Source of the DNA: Candidatus Hadarchaeota archaeon
GTDB lineage: Archaea > Hadarchaeota > Hadarchaeia > Hadarchaeales > JAGGTB01
Assembly: GCA_964384105.1 (NCBI GenBank)
Contig: CAYLJV010000001.1
Span: forward strand, 128,001-192,000
DNA: 64,000 nt
Reading direction: 5' to 3'
The number at the start of each line of letters is the position of its first letter. The first letter of the stretch is position 1. Below the pieces are notes generated by a model that made no database searches, was not told where the DNA came from, and saw only the letters and a list, made by a program, of their open reading frames with translations. Made by a program: the position numbers and the translations under genes. Positions 52,806 to 62,206 of this stretch are shown here, one piece after another.

Positions 52806-53102
52806 TTAGTAATAGATCGGTCTTTGACCGGCAATTACTTGATCGACACTATGTACTACTCCACCCCACTCTTCTATCTTAGATCTGATTTCCCTGTAGT
52901 CTAGGTCTCCGTCAACTGTCAGCTTGAGTGTTTCGGTTTCTTTGTCTATCTCTAGAAGTGCGGCATCTACTCCTTCGACTCCTTCCATGGCTCCTATTTT
53001 TTCAGCGAAGTCGGGAAGTGGTGGATCATGAGGCTTTAGCACGTCCAATACTATTCGCCAGACTTTTGATTTTTGTGAAGAATCTTCAGGCATTCTGACC
53101 AA
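52806..53102 (-). CDS. DUF211 family protein
   Basis: RIVLDVLKPHDP...GGVVHSVDQV. Confidence 0.88.
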   Translation of the reverse strand: MVRMPEDSSQKSKVWRIVLDVLKPHDPPLPDFAEKIGAMEGVEGVDAALLEIDKETETLKLTVDGDLDYREIRSKIEEWGGVVHSVDQVIAGQRPIYY

Positions 53103-53194
53103 GCTTTAATCTCTCTTATTTAGTAAAAGATTTTTCTAATTTCCAAATCCCCAATATTCAAATTCTTAACACCGTTTATAGTTCTGGAGTTTCT

Positions 53195-53644
53195 ATGAAG
53201 GGCACATACGTGCTTCTAATCTGTCTTTCGGAATGCGAAAGTATTAAGATCGGGAGCCTTGGGGCCATAAAATTCGAAAAAGGCTGGTACGCTTATGTTG
53301 GTTCTGCCTTAAAATCGTTGGAAAATAGGATCGAGAGGCATATCTGTAGCGAAAAGAGTATTTATTGGCACATAGATTACCTCCTTTCTAGAGCTGAGCT
53401 CGAAAATATTTTCTATGGAGAGGGTGAAGAAAGAAGAGAATGTGGCATTGCGGAGGAGATTTCGAGAGATTTCCCGTTCATTGAAGGATTTGGTTCGAGT
53501 GATTGTCAATGCGAAAGTCATCTTTTTTATTCTAGAGATGTTTCGAAGTTGAGAGATAGTATAGTCTTGGGCTTTATAAGAAATGGATTAAAACCAATTT
53601 CTTGGTACGATGGGAAAGAGATGGCAGCAGAAGAGGAAAAATGA
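53195..53644 (+). CDS. GIY-YIG-like DUF123 protein
   Basis: KGTYVL, YAYVGSA, WHIDYL, GFGSSDC.C.SHL. Confidence 0.88.
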   Translation: MKGTYVLLICLSECESIKIGSLGAIKFEKGWYAYVGSALKSLENRIERHICSEKSIYWHIDYLLSRAELENIFYGEGEERRECGIAEEISRDFPFIEGFGSSDCQCESHLFYSRDVSKLRDSIVLGFIRNGLKPISWYDGKEMAAEEEK

Positions 53645-54221
53645 GCATTTTTACAAGCAAGCTAAAAAAGAAGGCTACAGAAGCAGAGCTACTTATAAAC
53701 TCAAACAACTTGATGACAAATACAGCCTTATTCATCCGGGGGATATAGTTGTAGACCTGGGTGCAGCGCCTGGTAGTTGGCTTCAATTTGCGAGGGATAA
53801 AGTTGGTGAAAATGGGTTTGTTTTGGGTGTTGATCTTGAGGAGATAGAAGATTTGGATTATGAAAACGTTAAAACAGTTCAAGCAGACATTACTGAATCA
53901 GAAACAATAGATATTATTCAGAAAAATCTTCCCGATTCTCCTAATATTATAATTTCGGATGCTGCGCCAAATATCACAGGGATATGGGATGTTGATCACG
54001 CTAGATCGATAGACCTGTGTAGATCTGCTTTGAAAATAGCCGATAAAGTACTGAAACAGGGCGGATTCTTATTAGTTAAGGTTTTCCAGGGTGAATTTTT
54101 CGACGAACTCTTGGAGGATTTTAAAAAGAAATTTAGTTTCTGTAAGGCTTCTAAGCCCAAAGCTTCTAGAAAAAGGAGTTCTGAAATATATATAATTGGT
54201 AAAGGTTTTTCTTCAGGCTAA
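53610..54221 (+). CDS. rlmE: 23S rRNA Um2552 methyltransferase
   Basis: GYRSRA.YKL, DLGAAPGSW, SDAAP, KPKASR..SSE. Confidence 0.95.
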   Translation: MGKRWQQKRKNEHFYKQAKKEGYRSRATYKLKQLDDKYSLIHPGDIVVDLGAAPGSWLQFARDKVGENGFVLGVDLEEIEDLDYENVKTVQADITESETIDIIQKNLPDSPNIIISDAAPNITGIWDVDHARSIDLCRSALKIADKVLKQGGFLLVKVFQGEFFDELLEDFKKKFSFCKASKPKASRKRSSEIYIIGKGFSSG

Positions 54222-54235
54222 TATTCTCGTGATTT

Positions 54236-54676
54236 TTAGTTTCTGTTTTTCTCTATATGGTCTTCGGCTATATCCCCAACTATCGGAAACTTGTAAAGTT
54301 CCCCTTTGTAGGCTTTGATCATCCCGACTACCCAAACTATGAATCCTATAATGCCCAGTATAGCTCCTACGATGGCTCCAAAAATAGGTATAGGACTTAA
54401 AATAGCCCCAACTATGAATAGTCCTAAGAATATGATCGTTGATTGAAAGGCGTGAAATCTAACGAAGTAACTTTTCTCTTCGATGAAGTAAAGAATTATT
54501 CCTGACACAAAAACTAATAGGTAGGCTAGTGCCCCTTCTAGATTTTCTTCAAGGCCTAAAGATGTTTTATTGCTCTTTTTCTGAGTTCTTTTAGTTCTTT
54601 TTAACTCAGCGCCACATTCCGGGCAGAAAGCAGCATTTTCAGGAATTTCCTCTCCACAATCTGGACAATATTTCAT
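54236..54676 (-). CDS. Zn-ribbon + DUF4870-type membrane protein
   Basis: CPDCG/CPECG; VRFHAFQS; YKFPIVG. Confidence 0.8.
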   Translation of the reverse strand: MKYCPDCGEEIPENAAFCPECGAELKRTKRTQKKSNKTSLGLEENLEGALAYLLVFVSGIILYFIEEKSYFVRFHAFQSTIIFLGLFIVGAILSPIPIFGAIVGAILGIIGFIVWVVGMIKAYKGELYKFPIVGDIAEDHIEKNRN

Positions 54677-54743
54677 GACTCATCTAAAATAGCTGTCTTT
54701 TACTTAATAATTCTTTTTCTGCTGGATGAGGTTAATAGAAGCT

Positions 54744-55904
54744 TCATTCAGATATCAATTTTGTCAAACTTTCCATCGTTGCGTCCGTTCTTATCCCATT
54801 GCTTAGAAAATGCGTTCTTGAGGCAAAATAGCCGTTTTTCCTAAGTTTTTGAATAGCATGATTGATCTTAGGTGGGGATGCACCAGATTTTGAGCAAACC
54901 TCATGGAGATCATAGAATATGGGTGGCCCTTCGTTCTCTTTTGCCAAGGTTTCGAGTAGGTTTCTTTCTTCTCCGTATAGTTTGAAGTTTCTTAGGGAGA
55001 GGTCATTTATCAGGGCTTTTATGTGTTCTTTATCTCCCATCTTTTCGAGATATAGTGGGCCCGCTTGTTTGTATTTACCACCACATTCGCAGTTTTCTGG
55101 CAGGTTTGGAAAAAAACCTTTTTTGTAAGTTCTCTTTCCGCATTGAAAACAGTGAGCTAAGTAACCTTGATCTTTCAGAATTCGGTTAGCTTTCCTTGCT
55201 CCTTGGTCAACTTGAAAGTGGATTCTGAAATAGTGTTGAGTAGCATGGCTTAGAAGGGGGATCAGAGCAAGATCAAAAGCTGCTGCTTTTCTTTGTATTG
55301 ATCCAACTAGAATTCTTAGTCCCAGTTCTCTTGAGTAGGGAGTTCTTAGGGGTGTTGAACCGTATTTTCTCTTACATGCGTTTGGATACGCTCCGCATAG
55401 GGGTGCAGTGTCAGTGGCTGTTATCAGAAGGGCACCTCTTCTAGATATTGCAGTGAAGGAAGGCTCTAGGAATGGAATGGGGGTACCAAAAGGGTCAATA
55501 TCTATAATATGGAATCTTGGTCTGTGATTATAGAGTAAAACATTAGCGTCTTCTCTCTTTGCTTCCGCTACGGAGAGTTGATTGTGTTTTATGTTTTTCT
55601 TTATGAATTCGAAGGCATCGGCTGATCTATCATTCACGACTACTTTTTTTACTCCAGAGACCTCTTTTGCATATCTTAGACCTCTAGCACCTATACCAGT
55701 TAGAACATCGCAAATTCTCAGACCATCTATACTCTTTCCGATTACTTGAACGGAAGAAACAGATATATCTCTGGATAGTTCCATTATGGGATTAAAAAAA
55801 ACAGGTGTCTTGGAAGGGACGTACTCTTTTTCAGAAGTTTTGTAGTTTTCTAGTTTTGGTACTTCTAATTTTAATTCTCCTTCTTTGATTATCTCTGTCT
55901 CCAT
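54744..55904 (-). CDS. trm1: tRNA G26 dimethyltransferase
   Basis: VFFNP.M..SRD, G.RGLRY, DIDPFGTP, TATD. Confidence 0.95.
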   Translation of the reverse strand: METEIIKEGELKLEVPKLENYKTSEKEYVPSKTPVFFNPIMELSRDISVSSVQVIGKSIDGLRICDVLTGIGARGLRYAKEVSGVKKVVVNDRSADAFEFIKKNIKHNQLSVAEAKREDANVLLYNHRPRFHIIDIDPFGTPIPFLEPSFTAISRRGALLITATDTAPLCGAYPNACKRKYGSTPLRTPYSRELGLRILVGSIQRKAAAFDLALIPLLSHATQHYFRIHFQVDQGARKANRILKDQGYLAHCFQCGKRTYKKGFFPNLPENCECGGKYKQAGPLYLEKMGDKEHIKALINDLSLRNFKLYGEERNLLETLAKENEGPPIFYDLHEVCSKSGASPPKINHAIQKLRKNGYFASRTHFLSNGIRTDATMESLTKLISE

Positions 55905-55958
55905 TTTATCCTATACAGAGTAGAGTCTCCAGCTTTAACTTGCTTTTGAAAAGATCTT

Positions 55959-56495
55959 CTACATATTTTCAAGTATTAGATTAGCTAACTCCTTTGATAT
56001 CTGATCGCGGTTATTTTTGTTTACCCCAAATATCCTGGCGTCTTTTCTTCTTTTCACTTCTCCTATGAATCCACTCTTTGATCTTTTATGTATGACTCCT
56101 ATGGTGGGTTTTTCAGATTCTAGAGCTTTCTTTACTTGTTTTTTGAACTCTTCACTGTGAACTTCCATCGGTGCTATTTCGTCAATTATTAGGAAGTCCG
56201 CTTCTCTGAGCGCTTTAGGAATTGAGTATTTACAAATTTCGTCAATATTAGAAATATTAACTCTATATTTGCTGATCTTCGGTCCGTTATCTAAATCTAC
56301 GTGCGCTAATATTTTTGATTCGCCGCTAGCTATATCTATAATTTTGAATCCTTTTCTAATTCCGTTAGACTTTATCTCTGGACAGTAAATTCCTCCAGCC
56401 TTCAGATCTTTTTCTTTTAATATTTCCGAAGTCCTTTCGACTACTGTAGTTTTCCCACTGCCTGGTGAACCCGTTATTAAAAAATTGTTTGGAAT
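55959..56495 (-). CDS. NTPase (THEP1/NTPase_1 family); probable ATT start
   Basis: ITGSPGSGKTT, RKGFKI, IIDEIAPME. Confidence 0.88.
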   Translation of the reverse strand: MPNNFLITGSPGSGKTTVVERTSEILKEKDLKAGGIYCPEIKSNGIRKGFKIIDIASGESKILAHVDLDNGPKISKYRVNISNIDEICKYSIPKALREADFLIIDEIAPMEVHSEEFKKQVKKALESEKPTIGVIHKRSKSGFIGEVKRRKDARIFGVNKNNRDQISKELANLILENM

Positions 56496-56664
56496 TCTTT
56501 CACCCTCTCTACGTGTATATTCTCTGCTTTTGCAGTACAACTTTCCGGATTTTAACGTATTAAAATTTCCAAGACTCTATTAGTTTGCAAAGAGATTATC
56601 TAGACAGTAATGTTATGAATTGAGTGTTGACAAATGAAATGTTATATATGCCGGAGGTGTTTCT

Positions 56665-57332
56665 ATAGGACCTAATTTTGTAGCTGGCCTGGACGAGGCG
56701 GGTAGAGAATCAATCCACTGGTAGATGATTCGCCCAAAGGTCCCGTTCTAGGCCCGATGGTTATATGTGGCGTCGTAGTGAGTCCAAAGGTATTCTCTGA
56801 CCTGAGAGCTGAAAGGGTAAGAGACTCTAAGCTGATAGGCCCCAATCGGAGAGAATTCTTAGACGGGTTCCTAAAAGAAAAGATGAAAAAATATGAGATT
56901 GTTGAATATTCTCCATTTGAGATAGATCGACTCAGGGGTGGAGGAACTAACATAAACCAAATAGAAGCAGAAGGTTTTGCCAAGGTACTAAATTTTCTTC
57001 AACCTTCAAAAGCCTACATAGACTCAGCGAGCGCAAATACGGAAAAATTTGCATCTGATATAGCAAATAAGTTAGAGTGCGAAGTTGAACTGATTGTTGA
57101 GCATAAAGCTGATGAAAATTATCTTCCCGTTTCTGCAGCTTCTATTATAGCTAAAGTTAGAAGAGATCAGAGAATCGATGAATTAAAAGAAGAATACGGT
57201 GAAATAGGATCAGGTTATCCTTCTGATGAGCGAACGATAAGATTTTTGGAAAGATGGGTGGATGGGAACAAGAAATTTCCAGATTTTGTGAGAAAATCTT
57301 GGAAAACTGCTCAAAGATTTTTAAATAAGTGA
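56665..57332 (+). CDS. rnhB: Ribonuclease HII, interrupted by a 32-nt intron (56706-56737); start probably ATA at 56665
   Basis: Exon 1 VAGLDEAG(R); exon 2 GPVLGPMV...VRDSK...EHKAD...VSAASIIAKV.RD...GSGYPSD. Confidence 0.88.
56706..56737 (+). other. Putative BHB mRNA intron in rnhB
   Basis: GGGT/GCCC central helix, AGA and AAA bulges, GAATCA/TGATTC inner helix; excision restores AGA GGT in frame. Confidence 0.82.
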
Positions 57333-57338
57333 GTTTTA

Positions 57339-57624
57339 AGACCCCTGTGTTGCCTTTCCTACTAACTCCAAGCTTCCTCGTCTGCCAAACGGCGTCCTCC
57401 ACTTGGTAACCCTCATGGAAGGCTTTTTCAGGGGTCTGCCCATCATGTTTCGTACCCGGGTTGTCTCTCAGTCATCGACTGGTGTCACGCCAAGCACTCC
57501 TGAAAGGACCGCATGGGTACGGTTTGTTTGATGGATACTCAAGTGTTACCTCAGCATTGCTCTGGCGATCATGTTTTCACGCCAGTCCTCGAAGCTGTGG
57601 TTTTAGCCTTTCATCGCAGTTAGT
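57339..57624 (-). ncRNA. Candidate ~285-nt highly structured, pseudoknotted ncRNA
   Basis: GC-rich island with no credible ORF; at least 8 complementary segments; A-rich linkers on the minus strand (strand inferred). Confidence 0.55.
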
Positions 57625-57818
57625 TTTCTGTATTTAACAAGTAAAAAAAGATATCCTTTTTATTATCCTGCTTAATATTTTAGTCTCACTAAAATTTCTA
57701 AAAGGGTTTTTTATATATTTTGGAGTGAATTTGAGCTTTATTTTTATATTTAAGGAGAATAAAGATAACTCAAAAATTTTCAAAATGCTTATAATAATAT
57801 AAATCTTAAAAATATTCA

Positions 57819-59213
57819 ATGTCGAAGGAGAAAGACGGATATAACTCTCCTTATATTCCCAATAACGATGCAGAAATACGCGAGGAGATGCTCCAAGAGA
57901 TCGGAGTGAAGGATGTCGAAGAGCTTTATGCAGATATTCCAGAGAGTTCTAGATTCAGGGGCAAATTGAATATTCCCCCTTCTATGTCCGAATCTGAAGT
58001 AAAAAAACATGTCTCTTCAATTCTATCAAAAAATAGGTCAAATGAAGAAGTAATTAGCTTTTTAGGAGCTGGTTGCTGGCCTCACTATGTTCCAGCACTC
58101 TGCGATGAGGTTAAGGGTAGGTCCGAATTTTTGACGGCCTATGCCGGGGAGACATATTCCGACTTGGGAAAATTTCAAGCTCTGTTTGAATTTCAGAGCA
58201 TGATGGGAGAACTACTCAATTTAGACGCGGTTGGATTAAGCGTATATGACTGGGCTACAGCCTGTGGAGATGCTGCTAGAATGGCTGCAAAGGTCACTGG
58301 GGATAGCGAGATTTTAGTTCCCAGGTTAATTAATCCGGAGAGATTATCTGTCATGAGAAATTACTGTGAGTCATTGGCAGAAGTAAATCTTGTTGATTAT
58401 AGTCCTGAGACCGGTCTTTTGGACCTGGAGGACTTAAAGGAAAAAATATCCGCGGATACAGCTGGTGTTTACATAGAAAATCCTTCTTACTTGGGGTTTA
58501 TTGAAGAAAATGGAAAGGAAATTTCAGAAATTGCCCATGATTATGACGCATTGAGTATTGTGGGAGTGGACCCGATCTCTTTAGGAGTGTTAAGCCCGCC
58601 CGGTGATTATGGTGCAGATATTGTATGTGGGGAAGGTCAACCCCTTGGTATGCACATGAACTATGGTGGGGGTTTAGTAGGAATATTAGCCTGTCGGGAC
58701 GAAGAGAGGATTGTCTCTGCTATGCCGTGTCAGTTGTTAACCATTGCTCCTGAGGCGGAGGGTGATAATTTTGGATTTTCTTGGTGGGCACTACCAGAAC
58801 GGAGTATGTATTTTGAGAGAGCTAAAGTTAAATCGATTGTTGGGAGTTCTACAGCTCTTTGGAGTATAGCTGCTGGAGTTTATTTAGCGCTGGTGGGATC
58901 TGATTTAGACAAACTCGGAGAAACCATAATGCAGAAATCTCATTATGCGAAGCAATTAATCTCCCAGATAGATGGGGTGAGTGTCCCTGTTTTTGAATCA
59001 TCTTACTTCAAGGAATTCACAGTTAATTTTGATAATACAGATAAGAGTGTGAAGGAAGTAAATCAAGAGCTTCTTGATGAGGGAATTCAGGGTGGGAAGG
59101 ATCTATCTGAGGAATTTCCCGAACTTGGAGAGACCGCACTTTACTGTGTTACTGAAATACATGACCAAGAGGAAATCGAAAAACTTGCTCGAACTCTGGA
59201 AGGGGTGTTGTGA
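57819..59213 (+). CDS. gcvPA: Glycine cleavage P-protein-like subunit 1
   Basis: FLGAG.W.HYVPA, QALFEFQS, ENPSYLG, GEGQPLG. Confidence 0.9.
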   Translation: MSKEKDGYNSPYIPNNDAEIREEMLQEIGVKDVEELYADIPESSRFRGKLNIPPSMSESEVKKHVSSILSKNRSNEEVISFLGAGCWPHYVPALCDEVKGRSEFLTAYAGETYSDLGKFQALFEFQSMMGELLNLDAVGLSVYDWATACGDAARMAAKVTGDSEILVPRLINPERLSVMRNYCESLAEVNLVDYSPETGLLDLEDLKEKISADTAGVYIENPSYLGFIEENGKEISEIAHDYDALSIVGVDPISLGVLSPPGDYGADIVCGEGQPLGMHMNYGGGLVGILACRDEERIVSAMPCQLLTIAPEAEGDNFGFSWWALPERSMYFERAKVKSIVGSSTALWSIAAGVYLALVGSDLDKLGETIMQKSHYAKQLISQIDGVSVPVFESSYFKEFTVNFDNTDKSVKEVNQELLDEGIQGGKDLSEEFPELGETALYCVTEIHDQEEIEKLARTLEGVL

Positions 59214-60763
59214 TAATGAAAGATAAGGATACGGGCTATCAGGCTGTCGGCTGGAATGAACCTATTATTTACGAGTTTGAGGGCAGGAATGTAAATAACA
59301 ATATTATCCCTGCTGCTGAGGATGAGATAAAAGAGAGTGTAGGCGATGTGACTTCAAAAATATCTCCGAAAATGAGAAGAAAAAGTTCGCCAAATCTGCC
59401 AAGACTCTCTGAACCTCAGATTGCGAGACACTATATTCGATTATCGCAGCAAACTTTTGGAGTCGACTCTGGTAGTATGCTAGGATTGGGAACCTGTACT
59501 ATGAAGTACAATCCTAAGTTCAGTGAGCAACTTGCTAGGTCTCCGAAAGCAGCGGATGTGCATCCCTTACAGGATGAGAAAATATCTCAGGGATACCTCG
59601 AACTGCTTTACAACTTGAAGAAGTTCCTTTGTGAGATCAGCGGAATGGATGAGTTTTCTCTACAACCGAGAGGTGGGGCGCATGCTGTATATACTAACGC
59701 CTGCATAATTAGGGAATATCATAAAATGAGGGATCAACTTGATCAGAAGAATGAGATAATAACTACTGTTTTGTCTCATCCGTGCAATGCAGGAGCTCCA
59801 GCAATGGCTGGTTTTAATGTTGTAAATCTTTATCCAGATGAAGAAACTGGTGTTCCTGACATGGAGGCCTTCAAGGAGGCTCTTTCGGAAAAAACTGCCG
59901 GTTTGATGATTACTGACCCGTATGATACTGGTAAATATGACGATAATCTGGAAGAATACATAGATATGATACACGAGGTTGGTGGACTTGTCGCTGTGGA
60001 TCAAGCCAATTTTAACGGGGTTATAGGTAAGCTTCGTATTGGTGATATAGGGGCGGACCTGTGCCATTTTAATCTTCATAAGACTTTTGGAGCTCCTCAT
60101 GGGTCCTACGGCCCAGCGTCTGCACCTGTTGGAGCTAAGGAGGAGTTAGAGGAACTCCTGCCAGTTCCTTCCATAAATTTTGATGGTGATAAGTATTATC
60201 TCAACTATAAAAAGGAAAATAGTATTGGTAAGGTAGCTGGATTTCAAGGAACGGCTCCTGCTCTTTTGAAAGCCTATGCGTGGATAAGAAGAATGGGAGC
60301 AGAGGGTTTGGAGGAGGCCGCGGAAATGGCTGTAATCAACAATAATTATCTATTAAAGAAACTGCTGGAGGTAAAGTGGATAGACATTTCTTATCAGAGA
60401 GATCATCGAATTCAGGAGGCAAGAATGAGTCTGCAAAAGATGAAGGAGGATACGGGGGTCGGAACCGAGGATGTCAATCGTAGGATCGTGGATTATGGGG
60501 TTTCGAGTTATTTTGAAAGTCATCATCCTTGGATAGTTTCGGAACCGTTTACACCAGAACCTACCGAATCGGCTTGGAAGGAGGAGCTTGACAGGTGGGC
60601 GGAGATAATGAAAAATATATCGGACGAGGCTTATAGTAATCCTGAGATAGTTAAAAGTGCTCCACATAAGGCACCAATAGGACGTATTGATGAGAGTCCC
60701 TTGAGTGATCCTAATAAAGCAGCTTTAACTTGGAGAGCCTATCTCAAAAAATATAGTGATTAA
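59210..60763 (+). CDS. gcvPB: Glycine cleavage P-protein-like subunit 2
   Basis: LGTCTMKYNP, HFNLHKTF..PHG, EPTES. Confidence 0.92.
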   Translation: MIMKDKDTGYQAVGWNEPIIYEFEGRNVNNNIIPAAEDEIKESVGDVTSKISPKMRRKSSPNLPRLSEPQIARHYIRLSQQTFGVDSGSMLGLGTCTMKYNPKFSEQLARSPKAADVHPLQDEKISQGYLELLYNLKKFLCEISGMDEFSLQPRGGAHAVYTNACIIREYHKMRDQLDQKNEIITTVLSHPCNAGAPAMAGFNVVNLYPDEETGVPDMEAFKEALSEKTAGLMITDPYDTGKYDDNLEEYIDMIHEVGGLVAVDQANFNGVIGKLRIGDIGADLCHFNLHKTFGAPHGSYGPASAPVGAKEELEELLPVPSINFDGDKYYLNYKKENSIGKVAGFQGTAPALLKAYAWIRRMGAEGLEEAAEMAVINNNYLLKKLLEVKWIDISYQRDHRIQEARMSLQKMKEDTGVGTEDVNRRIVDYGVSSYFESHHPWIVSEPFTPEPTESAWKEELDRWAEIMKNISDEAYSNPEIVKSAPHKAPIGRIDESPLSDPNKAALTWRAYLKKYSD

Positions 60764-60804
60764 AGTTTTTCTTGCCGTTCAGTTAATTTTTAAACTTTTA
60801 GAAA

Positions 60805-61953
60805 TTGGTTAGTTTGGAAGTTGCTATGAGAAAGTTAGGTCTTATCGTAAACCCAATAGCTGGAATGGGTGGAAAGGTTGGCCTGAAAGGAACTGATGGA
60901 AAAGAAACGCTCGAAAAAGCAGTTAAACTGGGTGCTACTCCTGTCTCCCCAGAGCGTGCGCGCATGACGCTCCATGAAATCTCGTCTTTGAGTGAAGAGA
61001 TTGAACTGGTTACTTATCCGAATGATATGGGGGAGAACGAGGCGCGGGAGAGCGGCTTCAATCCGACGGTTCTAGGACAATTGAGTTCAGAAAAAACAAC
61101 TGATCAGGATACCAAAAGAGCGGCAAATGAATTGACTGATTATGGTGTTGACCTGTTGCTCTTTGCAGGTGGAGATGGAACTGCTAGAGATATTTACGAT
61201 TCTATAGGTGAGCAAACTGTTGCTTTGGGTATACCGACGGGTGTTAAGATACACTCGAGTGTCTTTGCGTTAGATCCAAAGAATGCTGGTAGACTTGTTA
61301 AAAAGTATCTTGTAGGTGAGAGGAGAATCGAGGTCAGAGAAGGGGAGGTTATGGACATCGATGAAAGCGCTTTTAGAGAGGATAGGGTTTCTGCTAGACT
61401 TTATGGTTGTCTAAAGATACCATTTGAAAGAGAGATGGTGCAAAACGCAAAACAAAGCAGCAAGGGTTGTGAATCTCCGGAATCTATTGCCTGTGATATT
61501 GTAGAAAATATGAAAGAGAATTGTATCTACGTAGTAGGGCCGGGTACTACGACTAGAGCGATTATGAGACAACTCGGTTTAGATCATACTTTGCTTGGTG
61601 TAGATGCCGTTTGCGATAAGGAACTTATCGGTTCAGATCTTAATGAATCTCAGCTAATAGATCTTATCGAAAGTAATGAAGATAAGGATGTTAAGATAAT
61701 AGTCACGGCCATAGGTGGGCAGGGATATATATTTGGGAGAGGGAATCAACAAATCAGTCCCAAAGTAATCAAAAAAGTTGGTAAAAAAAATATAATTATA
61801 ATTTGTACTTCTGGTAAGATAGATTCCTTAAATAGCAGACCTCTTTTAGTGGACACCCCCGATAGAGAAGTCAACAAGATGTTAAGTGGTTATACTAGAG
61901 TCAAGACTGGATATAGAGAAGAAATTGTCTACAAGGTAAAAGGCTGCAAATAG
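60805..61953 (+). CDS. ATP-NAD kinase family protein
   Basis: VNPIAGMGG.VGLKGTDG, GGDGTARD, GRGNQQ. Confidence 0.85.
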   Translation: MVSLEVAMRKLGLIVNPIAGMGGKVGLKGTDGKETLEKAVKLGATPVSPERARMTLHEISSLSEEIELVTYPNDMGENEARESGFNPTVLGQLSSEKTTDQDTKRAANELTDYGVDLLLFAGGDGTARDIYDSIGEQTVALGIPTGVKIHSSVFALDPKNAGRLVKKYLVGERRIEVREGEVMDIDESAFREDRVSARLYGCLKIPFEREMVQNAKQSSKGCESPESIACDIVENMKENCIYVVGPGTTTRAIMRQLGLDHTLLGVDAVCDKELIGSDLNESQLIDLIESNEDKDVKIIVTAIGGQGYIFGRGNQQISPKVIKKVGKKNIIIICTSGKIDSLNSRPLLVDTPDREVNKMLSGYTRVKTGYREEIVYKVKGCK

Positions 61954-62168
61954 GTTTTTGGATTTTATTTAGTGGACGTTCGGATTTTTTTGGTGTAACA
62001 AAAAGGATTCAAGTCGACTGACTAGATTGTATTTCTAAATTGGGAGTTTTCTTAAGTCTGGCTTAGTTCTATAATCCAGATTTTTTTGATTATTGGTGAC
62101 CAATATTAAATCTTCAAATATTGCTTAATTTTGGATTTGAAGTTTATTTTATGGTTTCTCTTTTCGAC

Positions 62169-62196
62169 ATTTTTTGTTATGGGTGTAACAAAAAAT
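62169..62196. repeat. 28-bp palindrome, copy 2
   Basis: Identical to 7908-7935. Confidence 0.85.
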
Positions 62197-62206
62197 CCAC
62201 TTGTTT

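Noticed and set aside
56811-56820. GAAAGGGTAA as a third copy of the ncRNA core
   Set aside because: Lies inside the rnhB coding sequence with no flanking stems; chance match
57339-57624. RNase P RNA, glycine riboswitch (upstream of gcvP) or group II intron domain V
   Set aside because: No CR-V/P4 in the proper order, no glycine aptamer consensus, ~200 nt of AT-rich gap before gcvPA, and no complete domain V
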